Assembly: GCA_900617105.1 (NCBI GenBank)
Contig: UYFQ01000223.1
Location: 1-64,000, forward strand
Direction of reading: 5' to 3'
Source: Hydrurus foetidus
Lineage: Eukaryota
DNA: 64,000 nucleotides
Part shown: in pieces, positions 40,815 through 52,029 of the stretch
Numbering within the stretch: position 1 is the stretch's first letter
How the letters are laid out: each line of letters opens with the position of its first letter
The notes under the pieces: model-generated
What the model saw: only the letters and a program-made list of their open reading frames with translations
Databases searched by the model: none
What the model was told of the DNA's origin: nothing
Program-made: the position numbers and the translations under genes

Positions 40815-43800
40815 GAGTTTCGGGGCACAAAAGCTTATTTCGGGAGGCCGGAGGCCTCCCGATTTCCCCGAAATAAGAAATCTACTCTGCACCAGCCTCC
40901 TATCAAACAGCACAACACAATCAAATCTCAGTCAAAAAGTGATGTGAGTAGCTCAATCTGTCCAGGAAGACAGCTACCATCAGCTGTGATCAGAGGAATT
41001 TTTCTTTGGTGACTTCAGTTGCCGGTACAGTGAGATTTTCATTGCCAACAGTTTTGGTGTCAGTGATCTCATCTATAAAAGAAGCAGAACGCAATGAAGA
41101 CTCCATCAAATTTGGAGCTCTATGGCGCGATCTGATCTGGGAGACATCCTCTACTAGGTAAAATCATTTGTAGCTTCTGAAAAGCTTCCACGCCGTTTAT
41201 ATCGAATTGACGCTGCAATCGGAAGTCAAAATATATTTTTCTCACAGCAGCCACTTCTTATTCCAGTGTTTCAGATCCCCTCTTGAAAGAGAAACTCATA
41301 ATTCAACCTAGTGAGAAATAATCTGCAATGATTTACTGTCCACGAGGTGAGTTAGAGATTTTGTGAGTATCGACGGCTCTGGGTTTTGAACCCTCGAATT
41401 AGTGCCTAGTCAATCATGTATTTAATTCAATTTGTCTTTTCTGGAACTGATATTTTGCAACCGATATGCTGTAGCGGTGATTAACATTCCCTGAGATTTA
41501 GAAGTGCTTTGCTCCACTACAGCCAGAAACTCAAACATTTTTTTTTGTCACTGGACTTTCACAACAGATTTGTCCCTTGGAATGGCAGTTTCATGACCAT
41601 GCTGGAGAAAAATGGTGTCAAATTGAGTTGCATTATTGATAAATTTGACGCCATTGATTCCAAATGATACTGTATCGCATCATAATCAAAAGCAGATGGT
41701 AGATCGCTTACTCTTACGGTACCTGCGGGGGAACGCACGTACATCGGTACTGTACGTACTTTCGTCGGCCCAAGGAACTAGGCGATCATCGTATGCGCTT
41801 CTAGCACGTAATTTCAAGAAGTTCATTAAATCAAGAAGGGTTCTCTGAATGAATTTGTCATATATTATTTAAAGAAAATTACTGTGGTACTAAAAAACTT
41901 TGGAGCGGTAACTGGAGACGTCGTTATGAAATAATCAAATAAAAAAAAGTAAGTCAAAGTAAGAGGGTAATCAATTTAAGGAAACTTTGGAAGCAGTACA
42001 TCGATGTAAAACAATCAATTAAAAGAAAGCAAGTTAAAGTTAGGGGGTAATTAAATTAGGGGAACAATAGAAGCAGTACCAGAACAGGAGAAAGACAAGT
42101 ACACTTAGGTAACATCACTGGCCTGACTTGCAAAGGACTATACAGTAAATTACTTTTTGATGAAAGCACTCATAATGCTTTTCGATTTTTGTCCTGTTTG
42201 TTGTTTTGCAGTGTTTTTCTTAGCACCTTTTAAGACGGTGCGAGAGGTAGAGGAGCTGCTAGAGGATGAGGAGATGCTGGAAGATGAGGAGCTGCTTGAG
42301 GTAGCGGAGACAGTTGAGGGAGCGCTTGCTGTATTGCAGTAAGATGTTATGGAATGGGATTCATGAGTGTTCTTTGCTTTCCTGATATCTGCTAGACGCT
42401 TTTCAACCGCGTTAACAAACATGTGTTTTCTCCTCAGTGTACTCTTGTCACGTTGTGGAAAGTACGCGTCCTCCTCTTCCTCTAGTTGATTCTCCAACCT
42501 TTTTTCAATATCCAGACTTATTTTTCGTAAATTGGTATTCCACTCATTGAATTCTACTGTTGATGTGTCAGGTTTGGACGAGTCAAGTACGATGTAGTCT
42601 GCAGGAGTGCAGTATTGCTTGATGAAAGGTATAATGATATTTATGATTCGGCTTTTGTCTTGAGTTTTTGACATTCCTGTCTCGACCACCCATGATGCAT
42701 CGCAATTCAGATTGTAGTAGTATCTGTTGTAAATTATTGACCTGATAGTAAGCCCCTTCATTGTTAAAATCCGAAAGGTTTCTTTTGCTGGTTGGAGCGT
42801 GGGTATCGACTTTACCAATGCAGTATCGGCACTGCTACTGGTCGCACAGACACTTTCTGAGGTGAAGTCAGGTCGCTTTGATGGCGACTGTAAATCTGGC
42901 ACTTCAGAGACCTGATCAATCGAAAAACAGTTTTTTACGTGATTATCTTTGAGGTTAAGCTCCGAAATTTGTAGTTATAATAAGTTCACACCTCTTGCTT
43001 TCTTTTTTTGGTCGGCGATCCAATGATGTGCTGTCGGATATCTTTCAGCATCCCCTCGTACTGATCATTTGATCTCTTCAGTTGTCTCACGTCCTCTTTA
43101 AGTGTAGTCATTTCCGCCAATACTTTTGAATTTAATTTGATTAGTTTCTCATTGCTGTTAATCAATGTTTCAATTAAGACCTGATTTTCTTCATTATTTG
43201 ATAGTGATTTTGTATTTCTCATTATCCAGTCAGTTTTAATGGTTTCTCCCCACTCTTCCAACAATTTATCGTTAATTTGAAACTCACCAGCACACCTTAT
43301 TACGTTCATTGTTATTATATGTGATTTACCAAATTTATTTTTCATCATATCGTGATACATTAGTATACTTGCAAATGCACACTCCAGTAGTGGACGCAAC
43401 TTTTTATTTGACTTAAAGAAATCCTCTTCCACATTGAATAAGTGGTCCATAAAATTATCTAGTAGTTGACGATTTGTATCATTAACAATCAAATTTAGGT
43501 TTGGACTTGCTGGCAACTTAAAATCTGTTGAGTCCGTGTAGTAGCGGGAAGGATATCCAGATAAAGCCATGGCAGCTAATACATAATGAATATTAAGTAA
43601 GGGTGACAATTGCTGTAAGTCATTTTGATTGATACTGCAGATGTATGGTTATCATGTATGTATTGTAAATCATTACCTGGCATTGCAGACATCGGAGTTG
43701 TTATCACATATTCCCACGACGCCGAGGTGCCCGTCATGTCATGACCACCATGCATGATAACGGCATACGGCGGTACATTTCTTGATGCGGCCTCATTGAT

Positions 43801-45000
43801 TGATCCAACTCTCAATGAATTTCCACTCACATCGTAGGGTAATGTCGGAATCACAGATCGGGCGTACTCGGAACTGCCTCCTGATGCAGTTAAGTCCTGC
43901 AGGAACAAGCTTACTTTCTTGCTGGTTCCACTCTTTTCTAGGACTGATATTTCAGGTAAAATCCAGTGATTCTCGTAGTCGTTCTTCATATAATCTCCCT
44001 GTCCAAACCCACATATGAAATAGCAACCCAGGCTGTGGAAAAAATCAATGTCATAGCTTTCAAAATCACTGACAAATGAAATACCCTTCTGCTTTCCAGT
44101 CTTCGATTGCGACCAATCAAAATACAGGTTCCCCAAGATATCGTCCCAGGATGCCAGATTCCACGTGGCAGAGCCTGCCTCGCCCGCCCTCCCGCTTGCG
44201 AGGAATATCATCACCAGACTGAAACGCCGGTAGATGGCATCAGCAGTGTTGTGTGATAAATATGCTTGCGCAACTTTTTGAAGCATGGATCTTCCAACAG
44301 GAGGAGCCTTGTTCGAAATTCTTTCGCCCTCATCGATGCATCTGTATTAGACCATTGATAACGGTTAGATTTAGATAATTTGAAATGACAATTTTTTAAA
44401 GGAGTATACCTTTTGATTATCTTTCTCTCAATTCCGCAACGCATCTTCGTGTACCAGTTACCGGTACTGTCTATTCCTTTAAAGAACGGATCCCCTGCGA
44501 CACCATATAAGTTTCACAATGAGGGTTTTAAGTCGATTGCAATGTGACATGTCTTCAAGTTTACCTCTGAACAATTGATTCTGTCCGATGATCATGATGC
44601 ATCCGATATAGCAGAGCACTGTACCGCACATTAGAAATGCATGCTGTTTTGTCTTGTACACCGATGTCATGTAGTATGCAAACTTTTGAAAGAAAGACTC
44701 CTGACAGAAGTCTTCTCTTGTAGTTTGACGCAGGGGTGGCAAATTGTTCAGTGCTGCATACAAATCGTAGCATTTGCTTGCACTATCTTGATTCGACAGT
44801 GTCGACGAAGAATCGCCATCACCAGTGATCATTTGCTTCGACATCGCAGTGCAAGAATTGATCAGTGAGTTGCGAGGAATTGATTCGAAGTCACTCACAG
44901 GAAGCGTCTAACAGTAGCGTCTCAAAGGGATTTCGAAATACTGGCAGGTGGACCCAAGACTTTTGATTCCCCGAAACAAGAAATCGAAATCCCCGAAAAA
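40815..45000 (-). mobile_element. Putative Crypton-like tyrosine-recombinase element nested in the Harbinger left arm (boundaries approximate)
   Basis: Contains the YR gene. TTTCGGG(G)/CCCCGAAA motifs cluster at both ends (40818, 40838, 40866; 44969, 44991). A 19-bp near-perfect direct repeat lies at 40864-40882 and 44967-44985. Confidence 0.6.
42150..44844 (-). CDS. Tyrosine recombinase (Crypton-type), 5 exons, ~791 aa
   Basis: Catalytic-type motifs FLASGRAGE (R), QSKTGKQK (K), VSGNSLRVGS (H/NxxR) and HGGHD....SWEY (H...Y). Exons 44844-44565, 44494-44410, 44341-43677, 43575-42992 and 42911-42150 total 2376 nt with canonical GT-AG sites and no stops. Confidence 0.82.
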
Positions 45001-45196
45001 GAGAAGTGTGTGAGAAAATTCGATAGAACTCTACGACAAATGAAAAAACATTCGATAGAACTTCAAATCTATAGTCACTCTGACGAGTACACTATAGACT
45101 GTAAACCACTACAGAGCAGCACAACACAACACAGCACAGCACATAGCAGCAGCACGCAACGCTGCACAGCAGAGTACCGCACAGCAGAGCATTGTA

Positions 45197-46484
45197 ATGG
45201 TCGAAGATGATGATGTCGACGAAGTCAGCGATGAAGATGAGGACGGTGGTGGTTCGTCAAAAAACAGAGCATCAAAGGAGGTCACCGAGTTGTACTATTT
45301 TGTTCTGGCACTTTCCTTGAACAATGTTTCCACCAAATGTGAGGGCCTGAGGAAGGAGGAGCAGGAATCGAAGATGATTGAGTTCTCCAAGGAATGGGTT
45401 GATTTGATACGAACAGATTTTGGAATGATCAGTCGAAAATACATGGGGAAGGGGGGCGTCACAGAAGATCAATTGACTGCTCAGATAACGAAGGATACTG
45501 GGAAAAGAATGCTGCACAAAGCAAAATTACTTGTTTTCGTGATCAATAATCATCTCAGTACTCACTGGAAGGAGCCAGAGGATAGCGCTTCTGGGAAAGG
45601 AAGAGAGGGTATGGATCCAATTCGATCCTACAATCCATTGCCTGATTCCAAATCATGTTCATCATATAATCGCATCTGTCGCAGATAATTTATTCGCATG
45701 CAAAGAGGGTGCCTGGGCTGAGAGAGAGAGGACTCGTATAGCCGCAAAGTTAAAGAAGTTCAAAGGCCCTGGTGAATTTAACGAGACAGCAAAAAAGATG
45801 GACCCAAAGTGGCACTGCCCACAATTCTTGACCTTCGAATATCTAGCTTTGCCATTCGGCAAAGTCAACTGTAGACAGATATTCAAGTTGACCGCTGGGA
45901 GCGGGCCAAGTTCCAAATCCACCACTTTAGCCAGCAGTAAAAGAGGTGATGACTGCGTGCGATTCAATAGACTTTAAGATGATGATTAGTAACATGCCTA
46001 TTGTAATATTCATCCCCCCTTAGGAATCGACAACCTAACGGAAGCCGTCTTAGAGAGCGCAGGACGTAGCGCTCGAAGAGCCACAGCAGCTAAAGATGAG
46101 TCTGCGATTGAAGTGAGAGAGCTTCATGAGTCCAGGATGCAGCGACTCGAAATGCAGAACTTTAACGGATTGCAACAGTGGAACACGGAGGTCGACAGGT
46201 TGAAAGCACTGCTGCAGTTGGAAATTGAGATGGGTGATCCTGAGGAACTCGCAACACAGCTGCGATTGGATTTGAGAGCTCATTTGAAGAATCCTTTCGT
46301 TAAGAAGCTTTGTGTTGATAGTGTAAGTAGAGTAGGCGCAACTCCAACGTCAGCTAATTTACAGAGAGTTGAAGCGACTCAAATGCCATCATCCTCGGCA
46401 GCATCGTCGGCAGCATCTTCATCTACTGCAACTCAAAGTAATTTCTTAAATCTAGACTGGGAAGAGTCGGTAAATTTTGGTTAA
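45197..46484 (+). CDS. Harbinger accessory (second) ORF, 3 exons, ~377 aa
   Basis: Exons 45197-45608, 45685-45945 and 46024-46484 join in frame (1134 nt). Lies inside the TIRs, convergent with the transposase, as expected for the Harbinger second gene; coiled-coil-like C-terminus. Confidence 0.7.
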
Positions 46485-46548
46485 TACTACTAAGAAAATT
46501 GTTCCAGCGAAAGAAATGACTTCAAAAGCAGCAGAGCAGATCGGGATT

Positions 46549-48021
46549 TTAATGTGCTACATTGTAAATTCTTTTTTTAACTAATGGAAAGCATCTTGGC
46601 CAGCATACAAGACCGCTATCGTAGGCTTTTTTAAAATGATCAATGAGCAACTTCCTCTTCGATTCAAAGCGTTCATCTATCTCTTCAACAACTTCATTGC
46701 CATTAAAGTCTTCGTTGTCTGTGACGCTTCGATACTGATCCACTCTTTCCAGTATACGGAGCTCTTGCAAACCGATTGAGTGCACACGTGGGCCATCTTC
46801 CTCATCAAAACCAGTATCCGAATTACTTGGTTGAGGATTCAACCGATCCCACTCCACGTTTTGCTCCCACCTTTTGTCCAGTCCATCTGCCTCAAGAATT
46901 AAATTGTGTAGTATGCAGCACGTGAAGAATATTGTGTCTACTTTCTGCTGGCTCTGAAGTAAGATTCCATGTCGAATGAAACGAAAGCGACCTTTGAGAA
47001 TGCCGAACACGCATTCGACATCCTTCCTTGTAGACTCGACCCACTCCGACCAAAGTCTGTCGTCCCGATTGGAAGTGTGCTTCATGGGGTTTATCATGCA
47101 AGTCCATTTGTGGTATCCACCATCGCACAGGTAGTACACTCCTTTTCTTTTCACCAGGGACCCGTCGACAAATACATCAAATTCAACATCTTGATTTACT
47201 TTCTTTAGGTGAACATCCATTATATACGTATCCAATCTGACTATAGTCTTATCATTGCGCGTACCATAATTGGAACGAGTGACACCCAATATTCTTCTAT
47301 GGTGATCTACAGTGCAAGAGTAAGATAGAGATGGGTATCCTTCCTTCCCTTTGCATAAATTGGTTATGCCTATGGGGCATCGGTCCCATTTGAGATGAAC
47401 ACAGTCGGTTGATCCGATACACCCTGGCAAACCCATTTGAGAGTATACATTCATCATTCTTGTCAGCTTCTCTCCTTCAGGTCGGTAAATGTATGTGCTG
47501 TAATAACTGTCAACAAAGTTTCCACAGAAGTCCAAGAAAGCTCTCCTCACGGTGGTCTCTCCCATACCAGTTGCTTCAGCGACATCATCACAGAGCCAGT
47601 TCCTGCCCAGAATACGCAGCACGCCAAGAAGTTTGATTGCATAAGGGCAAATGCTGTTACCACAGCAATCGATGCGATCTAGTGACAATGGACCGAATAA
47701 ATGCTTCTCCTTGCATTTTTGAAGCAAGTCCACGAAAACAAACCATGGAACCCTAAATCTACGCCGAAAAAGTCGTCCATCTCGTGATTCAATTGATGGA
47801 CCTCCAGGTTGAGCCGACAGTTTGACCAGTAGCTTCCCCCAAATTGAGGATGAATAGTCAATATTTGAGTTCCTCGGAGAAGAAGATGCTGCACGTTTCC
47901 CCCTTATCTGTGAATTCCGTTTGCTCTGGCGCCTCCTCAATGCTCTTTGAGCAATGTTCTGGCTGAAGATCATGAACTGGCTCCTCAGTTTCTCTCGTAG
48001 GCGGTGCGTGTCCTCGATCAT
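46549..48021 (-). CDS. PIF/Harbinger DDE transposase (Plant_tran/DDE_Tnp_4 type), intact
   Basis: Motifs FRRRFRV, GLPGCIGSTDCVHLKW.RCP, RNDKTI, YYLCDGGY and STRKDVECVFGILKGRF in an uninterrupted ORF; first ATG at 48021. Confidence 0.92.
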   Translation of the reverse strand: MIEDTHRLREKLRSQFMIFSQNIAQRALRRRQSKRNSQIRGKRAASSSPRNSNIDYSSSIWGKLLVKLSAQPGGPSIESRDGRLFRRRFRVPWFVFVDLLQKCKEKHLFGPLSLDRIDCCGNSICPYAIKLLGVLRILGRNWLCDDVAEATGMGETTVRRAFLDFCGNFVDSYYSTYIYRPEGEKLTRMMNVYSQMGLPGCIGSTDCVHLKWDRCPIGITNLCKGKEGYPSLSYSCTVDHHRRILGVTRSNYGTRNDKTIVRLDTYIMDVHLKKVNQDVEFDVFVDGSLVKRKGVYYLCDGGYHKWTCMINPMKHTSNRDDRLWSEWVESTRKDVECVFGILKGRFRFIRHGILLQSQQKVDTIFFTCCILHNLILEADGLDKRWEQNVEWDRLNPQPSNSDTGFDEEDGPRVHSIGLQELRILERVDQYRSVTDNEDFNGNEVVEEIDERFESKRKLLIDHFKKAYDSGLVCWPRCFPLVKKRIYNVAH

Positions 48022-48238
48022 ATTGAAAAAATGTGGCAGTGAACTGCAGGAGAGGCTGTACAAACCACGTGGATTTTGTAAATCAATTTGAAATTCGAAT
48101 CTATAGCTTGACTTCTATCGTTTCACGATGAAATGGGATAACGGAAAATATCATAGAATCCTACAGCAAAAATCTATGATTTTTTCGTATGATGGCGGTG
48201 AATTGTGGCCTCACTAGATCTTTTTTCAGTAAATAAAT

Positions 48239-48418
48239 CCCACCTTACAACTTTCGGCACCCAACTCCCACCTTCCAACTCAACTCACTTTACAACTTTC
48301 ACCTTACAACTCAACTCACCTTACAACTTTCACCTTACAACTCTACTCACCTTACAACTCCCACCTTGCAACTCTCACCTTACAACCCTCACCTCACAAC
48401 TCAATCACCTTACAACTC
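48239..48418. repeat. Degenerate tandem repeat of CACCTTACAACT(C), probably the terminal region of the MULE
   Basis: About 11-12 imperfect 14-17 bp units upstream of the MULE ORF. Confidence 0.8.
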
Positions 48419-48866
48419 CGACTCATAGGTGGCGGAAATTTAAAAAAAGTTTATTAAAGTGTTTTTTTAATCTCAGTATAAAAACTGTTATTTCTTTACT
48501 TTCGCTTTTTCAATTTTTTTCTAGTGAACAGCCAACAATTCTCTGAGGCATTCAATCGAAAGGCACTTAACGTTTTTCTTTAGATAAAGTGGGCATTGAT
48601 CATGAGCGACAAACTTTCTGAAGCCAACCGCACCAAAATGCAAAAACTTCGCGTCCTTGGAAAAATCGCTCTGGTGGTGTGAGCCCCACGCCATACCACT
48701 AGGCCACACAGGAACTGCGTATTCGACAGCAAAAATACACAAACTAATACTACGTGCATACGTAGGCTCATCGTCACCTCGGGTCAACACTTCACAAAAC
48801 ACTGTTAGATTCATCTTTTTGACGTTATGAAAATTAAAATTCAAAAATCTAAAAGGTTATAATTGA

Positions 48867-49810
48867 TTTCATATCATCTCTATTCCTGATAGAAAATCTC
48901 GTCAACTTGCTAAATTTCTTTGGACGAAGTCCGCGAAAGGAAATAATCTGTTGCAGATGAACGACAAATTATTTTCTAAAACCAAATTTGCTCATGATGT
49001 TAATGGAGAAATAACAAAATGCTATTGGGTTTGCGTAAACATTCGCAAAGGCTGTAAGGCGAAGGTTCATTATGAGGTGGACCTTGATGTGGCGGGTCCA
49101 GGTCACGATGAAATGACAGATGGAATCATCAACGTCGTAGCGACTGATCATGACGATGAGTACTGCGTTACAGATGAGATGGACATTGCCGTCAGAAATG
49201 CAAGGAACAATGTGCTTAGAGAAGCAACCGCTGGTAAGTTCAATACCGTATTTCACTATAAAAAAGTTGTTTTTCTGATTTGTATCATTTTCAGGTGTGG
49301 ACCTATACGTTGCATATGCAAATATGATGAATCCCATTCAGCTGGATAATCCAGTTGCTGCAGGACAGATGTTTACTGCGGACAGTCTGCATAGCGCCTA
49401 TAGTCGACGAAGGCTCTCTGTCTTACCAAGATTACCTATTGGCTACAACGACGTTATTATACCAGAAGAATACAGAAGAGCTGAGAATGGGCATCAATTT
49501 CTACTTTTCCAAGATTCCTTTCCAAATATTCCTGGCGGACCTCTTGAGAACCATATTTTATGTTTTGGTACAAGGAAATTCTTCAAGAAAATGTGCAATG
49601 CAACAGTAGTTCACATGGATGGGACTTTTAAAGTTTGTCCAGCACCTTATCAGCAACTTTTTACCATTTGCTCATTTCATCACGATAATAACGTGGGATA
49701 TGAGGATTCTTTGGACAACAGATTGCTTCCGAGAATGTATTGCTTACTAAGCGGAAAATCTCATATCGTTTACGAAAGGTTCTTCCAACTCGTCATCGAG
49801 AAAGCCGCTG
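48867..49810 (+). pseudogene. 3'-truncated Mutator-like (MULE) transposase with FLYWCH/WRKY-like zinc finger
   Basis: YWVC...GCKAKV...DH zinc finger, an intron at about 49233-49294, then VHMDGTFKVCP..YQQLFTI and LLPRMYCLLSGKS...YERFF. Breaks off before the second catalytic Asp. Confidence 0.85.
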
Positions 49811-50615
49811 CAACAACGGCTTCAAAAGTGAAGAGTGGACCTCGATAACCAATGACTTCAATGGGAGAACTGAAATGTCTCTAACGAGACAACAACTGCA
49901 AAATCAGTACTCGTTGCTTAAAGCGGGATACAGCGTCTATCACACTTTCGTGTCTCAAAGTGGTTTTGGTATTGACAATCATACGAAGTTGGTCACAGGC
50001 GAGGCAGCAGCTCTCCGCGACTACTTCCTGGCTCATCCGAAAGCCAGAGAATACGAGTTCAAGCCCCTAATGTTCTACGAGCAGCTCTACGAAATTTTTG
50101 AAGGAGCAGTCGCGACGGGAAAGTATGCACTGAACTTTTCGTCACCAACTCCCGTTGCAAAACCTGTAGCTGATGCGATTTCTGCACCGAGAGCAGCGGC
50201 TATTTCAGGAGCGAAAAGAGGGTACGACATAGACGAGGAAAAGGAGGATGCCGCTGAAAATCTTCTAGGGGGCGGTGTAGATCCCGATTCTTCCGATTCT
50301 GATGAGGGAGAGCCACAGAAGAAGCCAGTTGTCAAGGGTACTACACAACCCGCAGCACACGCAGCGAAGAACTTGAAAGAGAAACCCGTCCAAAGTATTA
50401 CAAGACTTCGAGGTAATATTGTAGACAATCAGCAAAAAGTTTTAGATAGACTACCTGAAGCAATTAGGATGTTTGACGAGAAATTTTCACTTGAACTTAC
50501 TGTTTTAGAAAAAATTACTGTGAAACGATTTATAGGCAAAGACAACAACGCAGAAATTTTCATGATGTGTAATGATGATGAGAAAGCTGGACTTATCAGT
50601 GAGATCGTGAAATGA
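49811..50615 (+). pseudogene. 5'-truncated Myb/SANT-like DNA-binding ORF of a second Harbinger
   Basis: NGFKSEEW..ITNDFN...LTRQQLQNQY..LK..Y......SQSGFG.D is typical of Harbinger Myb/SANT-like partners; convergent with the adjacent transposase. Confidence 0.8.
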
Positions 50616-50623
50616 GGTTAGGT

Positions 50624-51559
50624 TTAATTACGTGCTAGATGTTCGTTGTAAGCTAACCACATATTTTCTGCAATATCAGGACGCCACTGTTTCAAAAGTT
50701 GACCAGCGGGACCGACCAAACCTACATCTAGGTCTAAGTTGTCGTCATCATTAGCATCAGCAACATCATCATCGACGTAAAAATCGTCCTCATACAACTG
50801 GTTACGTCGGATGAAGTTATGGATTAGAAAGCAACAATTGACGAGTACACATTGAAAAGGAAAATAGAAAGAAGGCATCGTCACAAGAATTGGAAAGCGC
50901 CTTTTCAACACTCCAAAACATCTTTCAATGACATTGCGAGCAGATGAGTGTTTGAGGTTGAACAACTCTTTTGCGTTCCTCGGCCCACCAGCATTTCTGG
51001 CACGAAATTCTTTGAGTTGATACCTCACACCACGGAAAGGAGTAAGGCAATCCCACCTCAGCGCGTAACCTGCATCACTCAAAAAGAACTTTCCTGCTAT
51101 TTGTGGGTAGCCTTTCGCTCTTGCATCCTCCAAAACACGCCCGTCATGGGCAGATCCTTCCCAGCCTGCCAGAACGTAGCTAAATGTCATGTCGAAGTTG
51201 ACGGCTCCAAGAACATTCTGTGAAAGCTGCTTCTTCCTGTCGCGAAAAACCCTATGTTCTGATGCCGGAACAAAAACAGAAATATGGACACCATCGATGG
51301 CTCCGATACAATTATCGAAGAATGGGCTGAGGGTGGGATCCCTTGCAATTTCTGATTGAACAGGATCTCCTTCCTTAGGTCGAACGAGTATCGAGTTACT
51401 GCACATTTTGAATGCTTGAGAAACCTCATGAACAATCAATGATATTGTAGATCCGCTGTGTTGCCAGCGTTCAGCAGTCTGCCGATTTGTGTGTCCGACC
51501 AAAACGTGAATGAAGATCATCACTTTTTGCCCGATGTTTATCGTTTCAGATTTGCGCAA
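50624..51559 (-). pseudogene. Second Harbinger (HARBI1-like) DDE transposase, N-terminus missing
   Basis: Motifs FDNCIGAIDGVHI, SQNVLGAVNFD..F.YVLAGWEGSAHD, FLSDAGY and FNLKHSSARNVIERCFGVLKRRF. The frame is closed by a stop shortly upstream and no TIR was found. Confidence 0.85.
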
Positions 51560-52029
51560 ATTCCCATGGTGAGCGAAGTCAAATATTCAACTCCATATTT
51601 CTTGAATAATTCAAGAGGTTTCATGATGGAGAGAAGTGGTTGCGAAACTCAAAATTCAACACTTCATAATTCAGGACGCACACAGGCGTTTACTCGACAT
51701 TCCATGCTTGAGATAGGCTTCTTGCCTCTTGGACTGCATACATCACATTGGTCTGCATCTGCAGCAGCACAATATAAAATCAGATTACTCTTACCAAGGT
51801 AATTATGGTTGTCTTCAAGAGGGCCGCGAAGGAACTAGACATCAATTGTCGACACTCTGGTGCTTTAACTGGCCATGACCGCTATGCGACGAGAATACTT
51901 TTTCGGATCCTAGAATATTTGAGGGATCAACTGGTGTTACAGAATGGGAACCCAGCTGGAAGGAAAAGGATATGGCGCATGACAAAGTCTTGCGTCAGGA
52001 AATTGCTGTCTATCATCAGCATCCCTTAA

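Larger units (their letters stand above)
40714..48210. mobile_element. Complete PIF/Harbinger DNA transposon (7497 bp including a nested tyrosine-recombinase segment)
   Basis: Perfect 15-bp TIRs GGCCACAATTCACCG (40714-40728) and CGGTGAATTGTGGCC (48196-48210), flanked by a 3-bp TCA duplication (40711-40713, 48211-48213). Encodes a DDE transposase and a convergent accessory gene. Confidence 0.9.
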
